47,220 nucleotides of DNA from Candidatus Arcanibacter lacustris. Its GTDB lineage: Bacteria > Pseudomonadota > Alphaproteobacteria > Rickettsiales > Arcanibacteraceae. Shown one piece after another: positions 36,569 through 45,869 of this stretch. Position 1 is the first letter of the stretch. Every line of letters begins with the position of its first letter. Location: the NCBI GenBank assembly GCA_000970895.1, contig JYHA01000087.1, forward strand, positions 1 to 47,220. Direction: 5' to 3'. The position numbers were made by a program, and so were the translations under genes. Under the pieces are notes generated by a model that searched no databases, was not told the origin of the DNA, and worked only from the letters and a program-made list of their open reading frames with translations.

Positions 36569-37254
36569 TAGTCATCTTCTTTAGGAATAAGTTTATGAAT
36601 TTCCTTCTCCACTATTTGCTTAACTATAGTAGGAAGATTTTTATCTAACCAATCTTTTAAATATGGTTTGATCATTTGAATGATTAATTCTTCAACTGTA
36701 TTGTTTTTATAACCAAGTCCATCGCTTGCAGGTCTTGATACTGATTTCATAAAAGATTTGATAGTATTTGATGTATCTTCTGCTGATCTCTCAGAAATTA
36801 ACAAGTCTGGTTTTGATTTATCAGAGCTACTTACATTTTCACTTACAGGACTTTGAGCAAATAGATCATTTTCTGGTTCTGGTTTTTTAGGAGATGTTAC
36901 ATTGCTTGTAGATGGGCTTGCTACTACTACTTTATCAAAATCATCTACTATCGGAGCTGGAGCTACTGTAATAGCTGGAGCTTCTGCTGGAGCTGCATTT
37001 TCTTTTTTAGGTACGATATCTGCAACACTAAAGCCAAATCCATCATCAGCTGCCTTAGAAGGTACTGCGTTATCAATAGTATTTAACACATCAAAATCAT
37101 TGATCATTGATGCAGATGGATCTTCTATTAATTCTTCTGTTAGCTCTAGTGGAGTTTCTTCTTCTTCTGTTATAACACCGCGTATAGTTTGCAAGATCTG
37201 TTCCATTGAAGGATCTTGGGTGGTGGTGTTACTATTATCTTCTTTATTATCCAT
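36568..37254 (-). CDS. popZ: PopZ-like polar organising protein (DUF2497)
   Basis: N-terminal DPSMEQILQTIRGVITEEE, an acidic/Pro-Ala-rich linker, and the C-terminal VEELIIQMIKPYLKDWLDKNLPTIVKQIVEKEIHKL. This is the PopZ tripartite layout. Confidence 0.75.
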   Translation of the reverse strand: MDNKEDNSNTTTQDPSMEQILQTIRGVITEEEETPLELTEELIEDPSASMINDFDVLNTIDNAVPSKAADDGFGFSVADIVPKKENAAPAEAPAITVAPAPIVDDFDKVVVASPSTSNVTSPKKPEPENDLFAQSPVSENVSSSDKSKPDLLISERSAEDTSNTIKSFMKSVSRPASDGLGYKNNTVEELIIQMIKPYLKDWLDKNLPTIVKQIVEKEIHKLIPKEDD

Positions 37255-37360
37255 AATGCTTTTTAATGAAAATTAAAATATAAGCCCTTATAATGGCTTG
37301 TCCTGAAACTATTCTATGACAATAACTATTAAAAACCTATTAATTTTACTGGTTAAACTA

Positions 37361-38734
37361 TCAATTACTTGTCACTACATTAGGCAACACGTTCCATGCT
37401 CTTAAATAATATTTACTTGGATCAAAATATTCTACAGGAAGTTCCAAGCCTTTGGCAGTTAATTTACCAGCAGCTGCATAAATAGCAAAAGCTGCATTTA
37501 ACTTGTTATATTTAGCGGTAGATAGTCCGAGTTTGGATTTAAATAGATCTTGCTCAGCTTTTAAAAGATCAACTAAAGTTTTGATCCCAACTTCAAATTC
37601 TTGTTTGGTGCCACTCAAGGCAGTAGTTGCTGCTTCTACTTGTTCTTGGTAGCTTTTTAGGGATTCGTCATAAGTTTCTAATCCTTGCCAAGCAGAAATA
37701 GCAGTTTGTACTGCTGCATCCATAGCTGAGGCAGCGTCAAATTGTGATTTTTGATAAGCTATCTTGCTTTTTCTAATATTAGAATATTCTCCACCGCCTT
37801 GATAAATTGGAATAGTAAGATCAAGAGTTACTTGTTTTGATGAGCTGCGATTTGGCTGGTAGTTTCCGCCAATTCCTGCGCCATTAGGGGACGCTGTTTT
37901 GCTATTTGTTTTGCTTCCAGAAGCGTTCAAATTAAGGATTGGCGAAATATTGCTAGCTGTGGTTGCCCAGATATTATTGGCGTTATATTCAACTGCTGCT
38001 CTTCTTGCTAACAAAGCAGGATTGTTTACTTTTGCTTCTTCGATCAGGGATTCAAGCGTAGTGTTTGCATTATTTGGCAATTCTGGAATTGCAAGATTAT
38101 CCGCTTCTTGACCAAAATATACTTTGTAGGTAGCTTTTGCATTTATATAATCACCATTTGCTTTTATTTGATCAGCTTTTACTTGAGCAAGATTAGCCTT
38201 GGCAGTAGCAACGTCTGTAAGGGTTAATTGTCCGTATTTAAACTGCTCTTCCACGGAAGCTAAAGTTTGCTTATATACTTCAACATTATTATTATTGATA
38301 TCAAGAGCTTCTTTGGTTTGAAGTGCGCTAACATAGGCATTGATAGCCTTAGTCATGAAATCTTGTTCGCTTATTATTAAATTTTGCACTTGCGCATCAA
38401 ATGCTTTTTTTTGAGCCTTAAGACTTGCAAGACTGGCTCCCCCACGAAATAATTCTTGAGTGACAGTCATGGTATTTGTATAAGCTCTGCTTCCTGGTTG
38501 GGTGCCTGCACCAGTCGATTTTGCTCTGGCTGCAGATCTGTCCCATTTGATATTTGGCATAAAGCCATCTAAAGCCCCAGAAGTGCCTTCTGCAGCATTT
38601 TTTAAATCTTCTCTAGCTGATTGCAAAATTGGATTATTTAGATAGGCATAAGATAAAGCTTCTTTCAAATCGCTAGCGTTTGCTATTGATGTTGCAAATA
38701 TTGTGGTGATTAAGAGAAAAATACGCACGATCAC
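37361..38734 (-). CDS. tolC: TolC-family outer membrane efflux protein
   Basis: Signal peptide IFATSIANA, a start LKEALSYAYLNNPILQSAREDL, and two tandem OEP repeats with coiled-coil segments. Confidence 0.88.
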   Translation of the reverse strand: MIVRIFLLITTIFATSIANASDLKEALSYAYLNNPILQSAREDLKNAAEGTSGALDGFMPNIKWDRSAARAKSTGAGTQPGSRAYTNTMTVTQELFRGGASLASLKAQKKAFDAQVQNLIISEQDFMTKAINAYVSALQTKEALDINNNNVEVYKQTLASVEEQFKYGQLTLTDVATAKANLAQVKADQIKANGDYINAKATYKVYFGQEADNLAIPELPNNANTTLESLIEEAKVNNPALLARRAAVEYNANNIWATTASNISPILNLNASGSKTNSKTASPNGAGIGGNYQPNRSSSKQVTLDLTIPIYQGGGEYSNIRKSKIAYQKSQFDAASAMDAAVQTAISAWQGLETYDESLKSYQEQVEAATTALSGTKQEFEVGIKTLVDLLKAEQDLFKSKLGLSTAKYNKLNAAFAIYAAAGKLTAKGLELPVEYFDPSKYYLRAWNVLPNVVTSN

Positions 38735-38895
38735 AAGAACTCCTTAAATAAATTATAATATATGAATTTAAGGCAAATAACTGTCTCAAGTCAAGTTATT
38801 ATTTGTTAAGGGGCAGTCTATATGAATTTATTATAAAATGGCTGTGGTTTGAGATGAGCAAAATACTTCAGTTTGCAGTTAAGGGATGGCTCGCG

Positions 38896-39122
38896 CCAAG
38901 CTGACTTCTTCTGACTAGAGAATATTAGGGCTTTAGCCCTTAGATTCTCTTGATCAGGAGATCCCCCTCGGCTCTATAACTGATACTCCAACAAAACCCT
39001 ACTAATATATTTTGCAAATTACATAGAGGGGCATAACCGCAGGGGGATCCCCTCAAGTAAGGGCAACCTAAACTCGCCTTTGGCTCATTAAGCTCTACAT
39101 AATCAGAGGAAGTCAGGTGGGG
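38896..39122. repeat. Nested palindromic repeat (family 2)
   Basis: Arms CCAAGCTGACTTCTTCTGA (38896-38914) and TCAGAGGAAGTCAGGTGGGG (39103-39122). Internal hairpin AGAGAATATTAGGGC-TTT-AGCCCTTAGATTCTCT and the pair GATCCCCCT / AGGGGGATC. The arms match those of 26028-26225. Confidence 0.8.
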
Positions 39123-39237
39123 AAGATATATCCTTCTCATCTTCAATCTTGAGACAAAATACAATAATATACTTTAAAATAAAATATTTTTTGATATATT
39201 GTTTAAAAAGATGTTTTTTAACATAAGGAGAAATTTT

Positions 39238-39549
39238 ATGACTAATGATCCAGCTTTGTTGCTTAGTGATATTAAAAATAAATTAGAGGCTCAAAAAGTA
39301 AATATTCTAAGAGGAGAGTCAATTGATTTTGATCAATTGCATAATGATATTGAGCAGTTTCTAAAAATCGCCAATATATCTGGTGATAATTTTAATCTTT
39401 ATCGTGAAGATCTAGATCATATTAGGGCTATTATTACTGGGCTAACTAGTAATTTATCTTCAGAAGCTAATTTTATTAAAACTAAGATTTCCAACTTAGA
39501 TGATAATGTTGCTATAAATAAAGCTTATATGTCGCACCAAGATAAATGA
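39238..39549 (+). CDS. Hypothetical helical protein upstream of fliO
   Basis: The ATG at 39238 follows AAGGAG. The stop overlaps the fliO start (ATGATG). No motif recognised. Confidence 0.5.
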   Translation: MTNDPALLLSDIKNKLEAQKVNILRGESIDFDQLHNDIEQFLKIANISGDNFNLYREDLDHIRAIITGLTSNLSSEANFIKTKISNLDDNVAINKAYMSHQDK

Positions 39550-39815
39550 TGCATGATTTAATTTATGCGAGCATTATGTTGTTATTTGTAGTTGGTTTGA
39601 TTTTTATTACAGCTGCGCTTTTTAAAAAATTCCAACCAACTAATATTTTTAATAAAAATAATCTTGGAAAATCCAAACGTTTGGTTTTGGAAGAAATATT
39701 AATCTTGGACCATCAAAATAAATTAGTACTGATTACAAGAGACGATGTAGGTCATTTGCTTCTAATTAATAAAGATAATTCCATTGTCATTGAAAATCGG
39801 ATATTAAATGAATAG
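39546..39815 (+). CDS. fliO: Flagellar export apparatus protein FliO
   Basis: Single TM segment (ASIMLLFVVGLIFITAALF), then KRLVLEEILILDHQNKLVLITRDDVGHLLLINKD. It overlaps the fliP start. Confidence 0.7.
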   Translation: MMHDLIYASIMLLFVVGLIFITAALFKKFQPTNIFNKNNLGKSKRLVLEEILILDHQNKLVLITRDDVGHLLLINKDNSIVIENRILNE

Positions 39816-40539
39816 AATATTAGCTCTAATAATTTTGCTTTTCTCTAGTAATTTAGCCTTAGCAGAAGCTTTTAATTTTGATATGGGCTCAGCAGGCGAC
39901 ACTAGTTCTCGCATGTTGCAGATGGTTGCAATCATCACGGTGCTAAGTTTGGCTCCATCAATTATTATGATGGTCACATCTTTTACTCGTATTGTGGTGG
40001 TGATGTCATTCTTAAGAAGTGCAATTGGCTTGCAACAGAGTCCACCTAATTCCATCCTTATTAGTCTGTCATTATTTTTGACTTTATTTATTATGAGCCC
40101 CACCATTGAAAAATCTTATCATGATGGGATTTTGCCATTAGTTGAAAATAAAATTAACGAGAAACAAGCTTTTTGGTTAACTGTAAAGCCATTTTCAGAA
40201 TTTATGATAAAACATACTCGAGAAAAAGATTTAGATTTATTTTTATCTATTGCCAAAAAATCAGAAGAAGAAGTAAAAACAGTTGATGATGTGCCATTAC
40301 AGATTCTAATCCCAGCCTTTATGATTAGTGAATTAAGGCGAGCTTTTGAGATTGGCTTTCTAGTATTCGTGCCTTTTTTAATTATCGATCTTTTAATCTC
40401 ATCCTTGCTTATGGCAATGGGAATGATGATGCTACCACCTGTGATGATTGCTCTTCCTTTTAAACTGATATTTTTTGTAATTACCGATGGTTGGTATATG
40501 ATCTGTGGTAGTTTAGTTAAGAGCTATGGGATAAATTAG
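39808..40539 (+). CDS. fliP: Flagellar type III export apparatus protein FliP
   Basis: Cleavable signal, then LAPSIIMMVTSFTRIVVVMSFLRSAIGLQQSPPN and IPAFMISELRRAFEIGFLVFVPFLIIDLLISSLLMAMGMMMLPP. Confidence 0.93.
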   Translation: MNRILALIILLFSSNLALAEAFNFDMGSAGDTSSRMLQMVAIITVLSLAPSIIMMVTSFTRIVVVMSFLRSAIGLQQSPPNSILISLSLFLTLFIMSPTIEKSYHDGILPLVENKINEKQAFWLTVKPFSEFMIKHTREKDLDLFLSIAKKSEEEVKTVDDVPLQILIPAFMISELRRAFEIGFLVFVPFLIIDLLISSLLMAMGMMMLPPVMIALPFKLIFFVITDGWYMICGSLVKSYGIN

Positions 40540-40828
40540 CCTGACACTTATCTGCTATTTGTTGTAATTTTTCGAAATATTCTACAGAGCCTTTGAACAT
40601 AATATTTTTAAAACCCATCCTCATAGCAGCTTGTACAAGCGCTGGATCATCATCGCAATCACAGATGAATTTGATATTTAAGTCCTTATAATTATCACAT
40701 ATAAAATCTTCAAGGGCCTTGATATAACCAAGACCTAAATAATGAATTGATTGGTCAGGGTTTTTGAGCGTTATATTATCCTGAATGATTTCTTTAATCT
40801 CATCGATATTGCTAACTTCAAATATCAT
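40517..40828 (-). pseudogene. Short ORF resembling an internal segment of class II fructose-bisphosphate aldolase (probable relic)
   Basis: It sits where fba follows pgk in many Alphaproteobacteria. YKDLNIKFICDCDDDPALVQAAMRMGFKNIMFKGSVEYFEKL parallels class II FBA ...[43 protein letters not shown], but HLDH is replaced by CDCD. The ORF is only 103 codons long. Confidence 0.35.
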
Positions 40829-41987
40829 TTTGTAAAACTTCTATGCCAGGCAAGTTCATTCCCTCTAGCCATTCTAAAAATGCACCACCAGCAGTTGAGA
40901 TATAACTAAAATCATCAACTACTCCTGCTGCAGTTAGGGCTGATACAATATCCCCTCCGCCTGCAACGCTAATAAGCTGCTTTGAGATGGTGAGTCTTGA
41001 TACTTCTTTCGCTAAATTAATAGTTCCCTGATCAAAAGGTTTATATTCAAAAGCACCTAGTGGTCCGTTCCAGACTAATGTTTTAATTTTTTGTAGCTCA
41101 GATGTTACTATAGCAATAGTCTTTGGACCTAAATCTAATATCATACTATTTGCATCTACATCAGTTGCATTTACAATTTTAGAATTTGAATCATTAATAG
41201 ATGAGGAAATAACCACATCAATAGGCAATATTAATTTACAATTATTCTCATGGGCTTTTGCTATTATATCCTTAGCCACGTCGATTAAATCTGCTTCATA
41301 TAATGATTTGCCAACATCATAGCCACTTGCCTTTAAGAAGCTATTAGCCATTGCTCCTCCAACTACTAGTAAATCCGCTTTTTTAATTAAATGATAAAGC
41401 AAATTAAGTTTGGTGGAGATTTTTGATCCACCAACAATTGCAGCCATTGGATGAGAGGGTGCACTTAAAATTTTTTCTAAATTTAGTAATTCTTCTTGTA
41501 GTAATAAACCAGCAGCACCCGGGAGTAACTTGGCTATTCCCACAATAGAAGCATGGGATCTATGAGAACATGAAAAAGCATCGTTAATATAAATATCACC
41601 ATATGATGCTAATTCCTTAGCAAAATTCCCGTCATTAGCTTCTTCTCCTGGATTAAAACGCAAATTCTCAAGGCAGATCACATCACCATTTTGCATTTTT
41701 GCAATAGCATCTTGTGGATTTGTATCGACGAACTTAACTTGCAAATATTTTGCTATAGGCTCAAGCGACATCTCTTTTACTATTCTTCCCTTAGGTCTTC
41801 CAAAATGGGAGATAATGATAATCTTAGCCTTATGTTCTGTGAGATATTTAATGGTTGGTAGTATTTTGACTATGCGAGTATCGTCTTCGATTTTACCATT
41901 GATCATCGGCACATTTAAATCAACTCGTAAGACTACTTTTTTACCTTCAACAGATAAGTTTTGCATTAGTTTTAGGGTCAGTTTCAT
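40818..41987 (-). CDS. pgk: Phosphoglycerate kinase
   Basis: VLRVDLNVP, ISHFGRPKG, NDAFSCSHR, GGSKISTK and GGGDIVSAL. The start MKLTLK at 41987 is preferred because the longer track start at 42011 runs into a repeat. Confidence 0.92.
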   Translation of the reverse strand: MKLTLKLMQNLSVEGKKVVLRVDLNVPMINGKIEDDTRIVKILPTIKYLTEHKAKIIIISHFGRPKGRIVKEMSLEPIAKYLQVKFVDTNPQDAIAKMQNGDVICLENLRFNPGEEANDGNFAKELASYGDIYINDAFSCSHRSHASIVGIAKLLPGAAGLLLQEELLNLEKILSAPSHPMAAIVGGSKISTKLNLLYHLIKKADLLVVGGAMANSFLKASGYDVGKSLYEADLIDVAKDIIAKAHENNCKLILPIDVVISSSINDSNSKIVNATDVDANSMILDLGPKTIAIVTSELQKIKTLVWNGPLGAFEYKPFDQGTINLAKEVSRLTISKQLISVAGGGDIVSALTAAGVVDDFSYISTAGGAFLEWLEGMNLPGIEVLQNDI

Positions 41988-41991
41988 AATA

Positions 41992-42069
41992 CCCCACAGT
42001 TTTTTACACAAGGTGAAGCTTTGGGATAAGGATGACGAGCTTCTGAGGTATCATATAAAAAGTGTGGGG
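41992..42069. repeat. Internally deleted copy of the family 1 palindromic repeat
   Basis: CCCCACAGTTTTTTTACAC...GCTTTGGGATAAGG|ATGACGAGCTTCTGAGGTATCATATAAAAAGTGTGGGG aligns end to end with 35702-35836 but lacks the equivalent of 35741-35798 (58 bp). Confidence 0.8.
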
Positions 42070-42083
42070 TAGTGTGGAACAAT

Positions 42084-43082
42084 TTATAGATCCTTTAATT
42101 TACTACAAACATCAAGCATTCTAGATGAGAATCCCCACTCATTATCATACCAACTAACAATACGGCATAATTTATGATCGATAACATTAGTTTCAAATGG
42201 ATCAAAGACGCAACTCATGCTACTATGATTAAAATCAATCGATACTAATTTTTCTTTTGCATATCCTACGATATTTTTATAGTGACCTATCGATGCTTTT
42301 TCTACTATTTGATTTATCTCTTCTTTGCTAGTTGCCTTAGTGGCATTAAAACAAAAATCAATCATTGAGACATTAGGAGTTGGAACTCTAATTGCTGATC
42401 CTGCTAATTTTCCTGATAATTCTGGTAGTACTAGTCCAATTGCTTTAGCTGCACCCGTAGATGTTGGAATCATAGACATAGCGCATGCTCTTGCTCTTCT
42501 AATATCTTTATGAGTGCCATCTAACAGATTCTGATCATTAGTATAAGAATGAATGGTAGTCATGAAGCCATTTTCGATTGCCAAATGATCATTGAATATT
42601 TTAGCCAAGGGTGCCAGCGCATTAGTAGTACATGAGCCAACTGAAATTACTTGGTGGGATTTTAAAAGCTTATCGTCATTAACCCCCATTACTACAGTGA
42701 TGTCTGCATTGTCACAAGGGGCTGATACTAGAACAAATTTTGCACCTGATGCTAAATGTACTGAAGAGGCTTCTTTATTGTTAAATTTCCCAGTACATTC
42801 AAATACCACATCAACATCAAAAGAGGCCCAATTAATTTGTGCAGGATCTCTTTGGTTGATAATTTCAATTAGCTGCCCCTGGATTATCAATCCTTTTTCA
42901 TGTAATTTAACCTCATAAGGAAATTTTCCATGAACAGAATCATATTTAATCAGATGGGCGTAATCTTCAAGGGATGCAGATCCTGTTGCTGCTACTATTT
43001 TAATATCGCTTCTATTTTGTTCAAATATAGCTCTAATTACTGCTCTACCTATTCTACCTAGTCCATTAATTGCTATTTTCAT
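42084..43082 (-). CDS. gap: Glyceraldehyde-3-phosphate dehydrogenase
   Basis: INGLGRIGR NAD-binding motif, catalytic SCTTNALAP and WYDNEWGFS. Confidence 0.93.
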   Translation of the reverse strand: MKIAINGLGRIGRAVIRAIFEQNRSDIKIVAATGSASLEDYAHLIKYDSVHGKFPYEVKLHEKGLIIQGQLIEIINQRDPAQINWASFDVDVVFECTGKFNNKEASSVHLASGAKFVLVSAPCDNADITVVMGVNDDKLLKSHQVISVGSCTTNALAPLAKIFNDHLAIENGFMTTIHSYTNDQNLLDGTHKDIRRARACAMSMIPTSTGAAKAIGLVLPELSGKLAGSAIRVPTPNVSMIDFCFNATKATSKEEINQIVEKASIGHYKNIVGYAKEKLVSIDFNHSSMSCVFDPFETNVIDHKLCRIVSWYDNEWGFSSRMLDVCSKLKDL

Positions 43083-45012
43083 TTTTTATCTCCTGTATAA
43101 TTCTATCTACTGTAATGCCAAAATATTGATATAGATCTGCAATCGGTGCAGATGCACCAAAGCCATCCATGCCAATAAATATACCATCTCTTCCTATGTA
43201 TCTATCCCAACCAAGACGAATGGCCGCTTCTACCCCAACTTTAATGCTATTATTATTTAGCAAATGATCTTGATATGATTTGTCCTGCTCTTCAAATAAA
43301 CTCCAACATACCATCGATACAACCCTACATCCTATATTCATTGCTTGAAGCTTGTTTCTCGCCTCAATTGCAAGTTGCACTTCAGATCCTGTAGCAAAAA
43401 TAGTAACTTTGAGTTCGGACGATGATTCTGCTAAAATATAAGCACCTTTTTCGCTTAAATTATTCCTATCATCAGATCTTAAGAGTGGTAGATTCTGTCT
43501 GCTTAATGCTATGATAGATGGTCTATGAGGATTGTTAATTGCTATTTGCCAAGCCTCAATAGTTTCAATTAGATCGCAGGGGCGAAATACTAGTAAATTT
43601 GGTATAGCACGAAGTGATGCTAAATGTTCCACTGGTTGATGAGTAGGGCCATCCTCACCAAGTCCAATTGAATCATGAGTCATTACATAAACCACTCTTT
43701 GTTTCATTAGCGCAGACAACCTAATTGCATTGCGACAATAATCACTAAATACTAAAAATGTGCCACCATATGGAATAAATCCTTTATATAATGAGATGCC
43801 ATTCATGACCCCAGCCATGGCATGTTCTCTAATTCCATAATGAATATATTTAGCTTTTTTATTATTTGTTTTGGTGTTGTTAGACGGTGTTAAATCTGCA
43901 GAACCGCCAACTAATTCTGGTAAAATATCAATTAAAGCTTCCAACACTTTACCTGAAGATTTTCTGGTTGCTTCTTCTTTTATGTCTTGTGCCTTGGTTT
44001 TTAAATCGATAAATACTTGCTCTAATCCTGCTGGTAGTTCATTTTTGATTCTGCGATCAAATTCAAGTTTGTTTGGTAGGTTATTATATAGTTCCATCCA
44101 AGCATCATATGTTTTGCTTGTGGCGATGCTGCGCCAGTCATTTAAAATATTATCAGGAATAGCAAATGGCGTTTGATTTTCCCATCCTAGATTTTTTCTA
44201 GTCAAGGCAATTTCATCTTTGCCCAAACTTGATCCATGAATATCGGATGTGCCAGATTTATTAGGACTACCATAGCCAATGATAGTTCTACATGCAATCA
44301 TGGTTGGTTTGTTGCTTTTTATAGCTTCATTTAGAGCCGATCTTATCTGATTGAAATCATGCCCATCAATAGAAATTACATGCCAATTTGATGCTTTGAA
44401 ACGAGCTATTTGATCATCTGAAGTGCTAATATTTGTTGGTCCATCAATAGTAATTTGGTTGTCATCAAATAATACAATCAGGTCTTTTAGTTTTAAGTGT
44501 CCTGCAAGTGAAATAGCTTCCTGGCTAATCCCTTCCATCAAGCAACCATCTCCTACTATTACATAAGTTTTATGATCTAGGATATTATCAAACTCAGCTG
44601 CCATTAGATCTTTGGCAATAGCCATGCCAACCCCGTTAGCAAGTCCTTGTCCTAATGGCCCTGTGGTGGTTTCAATTCCTGATAGCAGATGATGTTCTGG
44701 GTGACCTGGTGTTTTGGAATTAAGCTGTCTAAATGATTTTAAATCATCAAGAGACATGTCATCATATCCTGTTAGATAAGCAAGAGCATATAATAACATT
44801 GATCCATGTCCTGCTGATAAAATAAATCTATCGCGATTTTGCCAGTCTGGTACTTTGGGATTAAATTTTAAAAATTCAGAAAACAATATAGTGGCAACGT
44901 CAGCCATGCCCATTACTATTCCTGGATGACCAGAATTAGATTTCTCTATTGCATCAATGGCGAGTATTCTAATGGCATTAGCCATGGATTTTAATTTGTT
45001 ATTATCGATCAT
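43066..45012 (-). CDS. tkt: Transketolase
   Basis: SGHPG, GPLGQGLANGVGMA, GDGCLMEGIS and THDSIGLGEDGPTHQPVE. It overlaps the gap start by 17 nt. Confidence 0.93.
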   Translation of the reverse strand: MIDNNKLKSMANAIRILAIDAIEKSNSGHPGIVMGMADVATILFSEFLKFNPKVPDWQNRDRFILSAGHGSMLLYALAYLTGYDDMSLDDLKSFRQLNSKTPGHPEHHLLSGIETTTGPLGQGLANGVGMAIAKDLMAAEFDNILDHKTYVIVGDGCLMEGISQEAISLAGHLKLKDLIVLFDDNQITIDGPTNISTSDDQIARFKASNWHVISIDGHDFNQIRSALNEAIKSNKPTMIACRTIIGYGSPNKSGTSDIHGSSLGKDEIALTRKNLGWENQTPFAIPDNILNDWRSIATSKTYDAWMELYNNLPNKLEFDRRIKNELPAGLEQVFIDLKTKAQDIKEEATRKSSGKVLEALIDILPELVGGSADLTPSNNTKTNNKKAKYIHYGIREHAMAGVMNGISLYKGFIPYGGTFLVFSDYCRNAIRLSALMKQRVVYVMTHDSIGLGEDGPTHQPVEHLASLRAIPNLLVFRPCDLIETIEAWQIAINNPHRPSIIALSRQNLPLLRSDDRNNLSEKGAYILAESSSELKVTIFATGSEVQLAIEARNKLQAMNIGCRVVSMVCWSLFEEQDKSYQDHLLNNNSIKVGVEAAIRLGWDRYIGRDGIFIGMDGFGASAPIADLYQYFGITVDRIIQEIKNENSN

Positions 45013-45219
45013 AATTTGAATGTTTCAAGAATGTTTTATCTTACAACTGTAATAATACTATTTTCCTGTAATTACAATAAAAACTAAAAAAACATTTTGT
45101 AGCTTCTCTCATTTGGTGCCCCAGTAACTTATTATTGTATGTTTATCAAATAGTTGATAGTATGAATAATAAGTTAATTTGAATTAACTACAATATAAAA
45201 AATGAGGGAAGGGGCGTAT

Positions 45220-45840
45220 ATGGTTTTAAGTAAAATTGCTTCAGTAATTCAATCAGATTTAATTCATGACACAATAAAATCGGAGAGATATTTTATTGTC
45301 TATGGATTTTTTTTAAATGCAAATTTTTTATTTTTTGATTTGCTTAAAGTTCCTCCTTCTGGGATGTCATTAAAGAGTAATATATTTCTAAAATCTATTA
45401 TATCGCTTTTAGGCTGTGGCTTGATTTTAAAAGATTTCTGGCTGATTAAATTAAAGAATTTTAAAATTATTTATTGGCATCTAACTCTCCTTATCTCTCT
45501 TTCTTTTTATTTTCCTCTAATGTTATTTAACAACCAATCTTCTAGTTTGTTTAAATTATATAATTTGTTGGCAATTATTATTCTAATTTCTTTTATCAGA
45601 ATAATCTTATTTGCTATTATATATATATTGGGCATTACGGTTGCTTATCTATTCTATCGTTACGTAACTTTAAATCCCAAGATAGATAATGAAATTATTA
45701 TGTTGTTAGTTACTTCTTTTATATTAGCAATGATTTATCAGATTCTTGCCTATCAGTGGCAAATCATAAATTTGATTAAAAAAAACAACTCTAAAATTAA
45801 AATACATAATCATGATCTTGCTAAAAAAATACTGAATTAG
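45220..45840 (+). CDS. Polytopic membrane ORF, probably the N-terminal sensor half of a frameshift-split histidine kinase homologue
   Basis: Five to six hydrophobic segments. It ends (…HNHDLAKKILN*) just after an A7 run at 45823-45829. The ATG at 45220 follows GGGAAGGGG. Confidence 0.55.
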   Translation: MVLSKIASVIQSDLIHDTIKSERYFIVYGFFLNANFLFFDLLKVPPSGMSLKSNIFLKSIISLLGCGLILKDFWLIKLKNFKIIYWHLTLLISLSFYFPLMLFNNQSSSLFKLYNLLAIIILISFIRIILFAIIYILGITVAYLFYRYVTLNPKIDNEIIMLLVTSFILAMIYQILAYQWQIINLIKKNNSKIKIHNHDLAKKILN

Positions 45841-45869
45841 AGCAAATCATAATAACTAAAAATGAATTT

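Noticed and set aside
37282-37299. Hairpin AAGCC-N8-GGCTT followed by a T-rich run downstream of tolC (minus strand), considered as a terminator
   Set aside because: The stem is only 5 bp, which is too weak to report as a feature.
38759-38830. 12-bp direct repeat TATATGAATTTA (38759-38770 and 38819-38830) upstream of tolC
   Set aside because: It is a short AT-only repeat in AT-rich spacer DNA. It is plausibly chance, and no associated structure or gene boundary supports a function.
38940-39164. 74-aa minus-strand ORF
   Set aside because: It lies wholly inside the family 2 palindromic repeat. Its reading frame is a by-product of the GC-richer hairpin arms.
41988-42011. Longer N-terminal extension of pgk (MCKKLWGI...) suggested by the ORF track
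   Set aside because: The extension is encoded by the arm of the family 1 repeat. The conserved Pgk N terminus begins at MKLTLK (41987).
7172-42069. Whether the dispersed repeats could be a CRISPR array or a tandem-repeat locus
   Set aside because: The copies are kilobases apart, individually palindromic and of variable length, with no regularly spaced direct repeats and no cas genes. They behave as dispersed MITE-like elements, not as an array.
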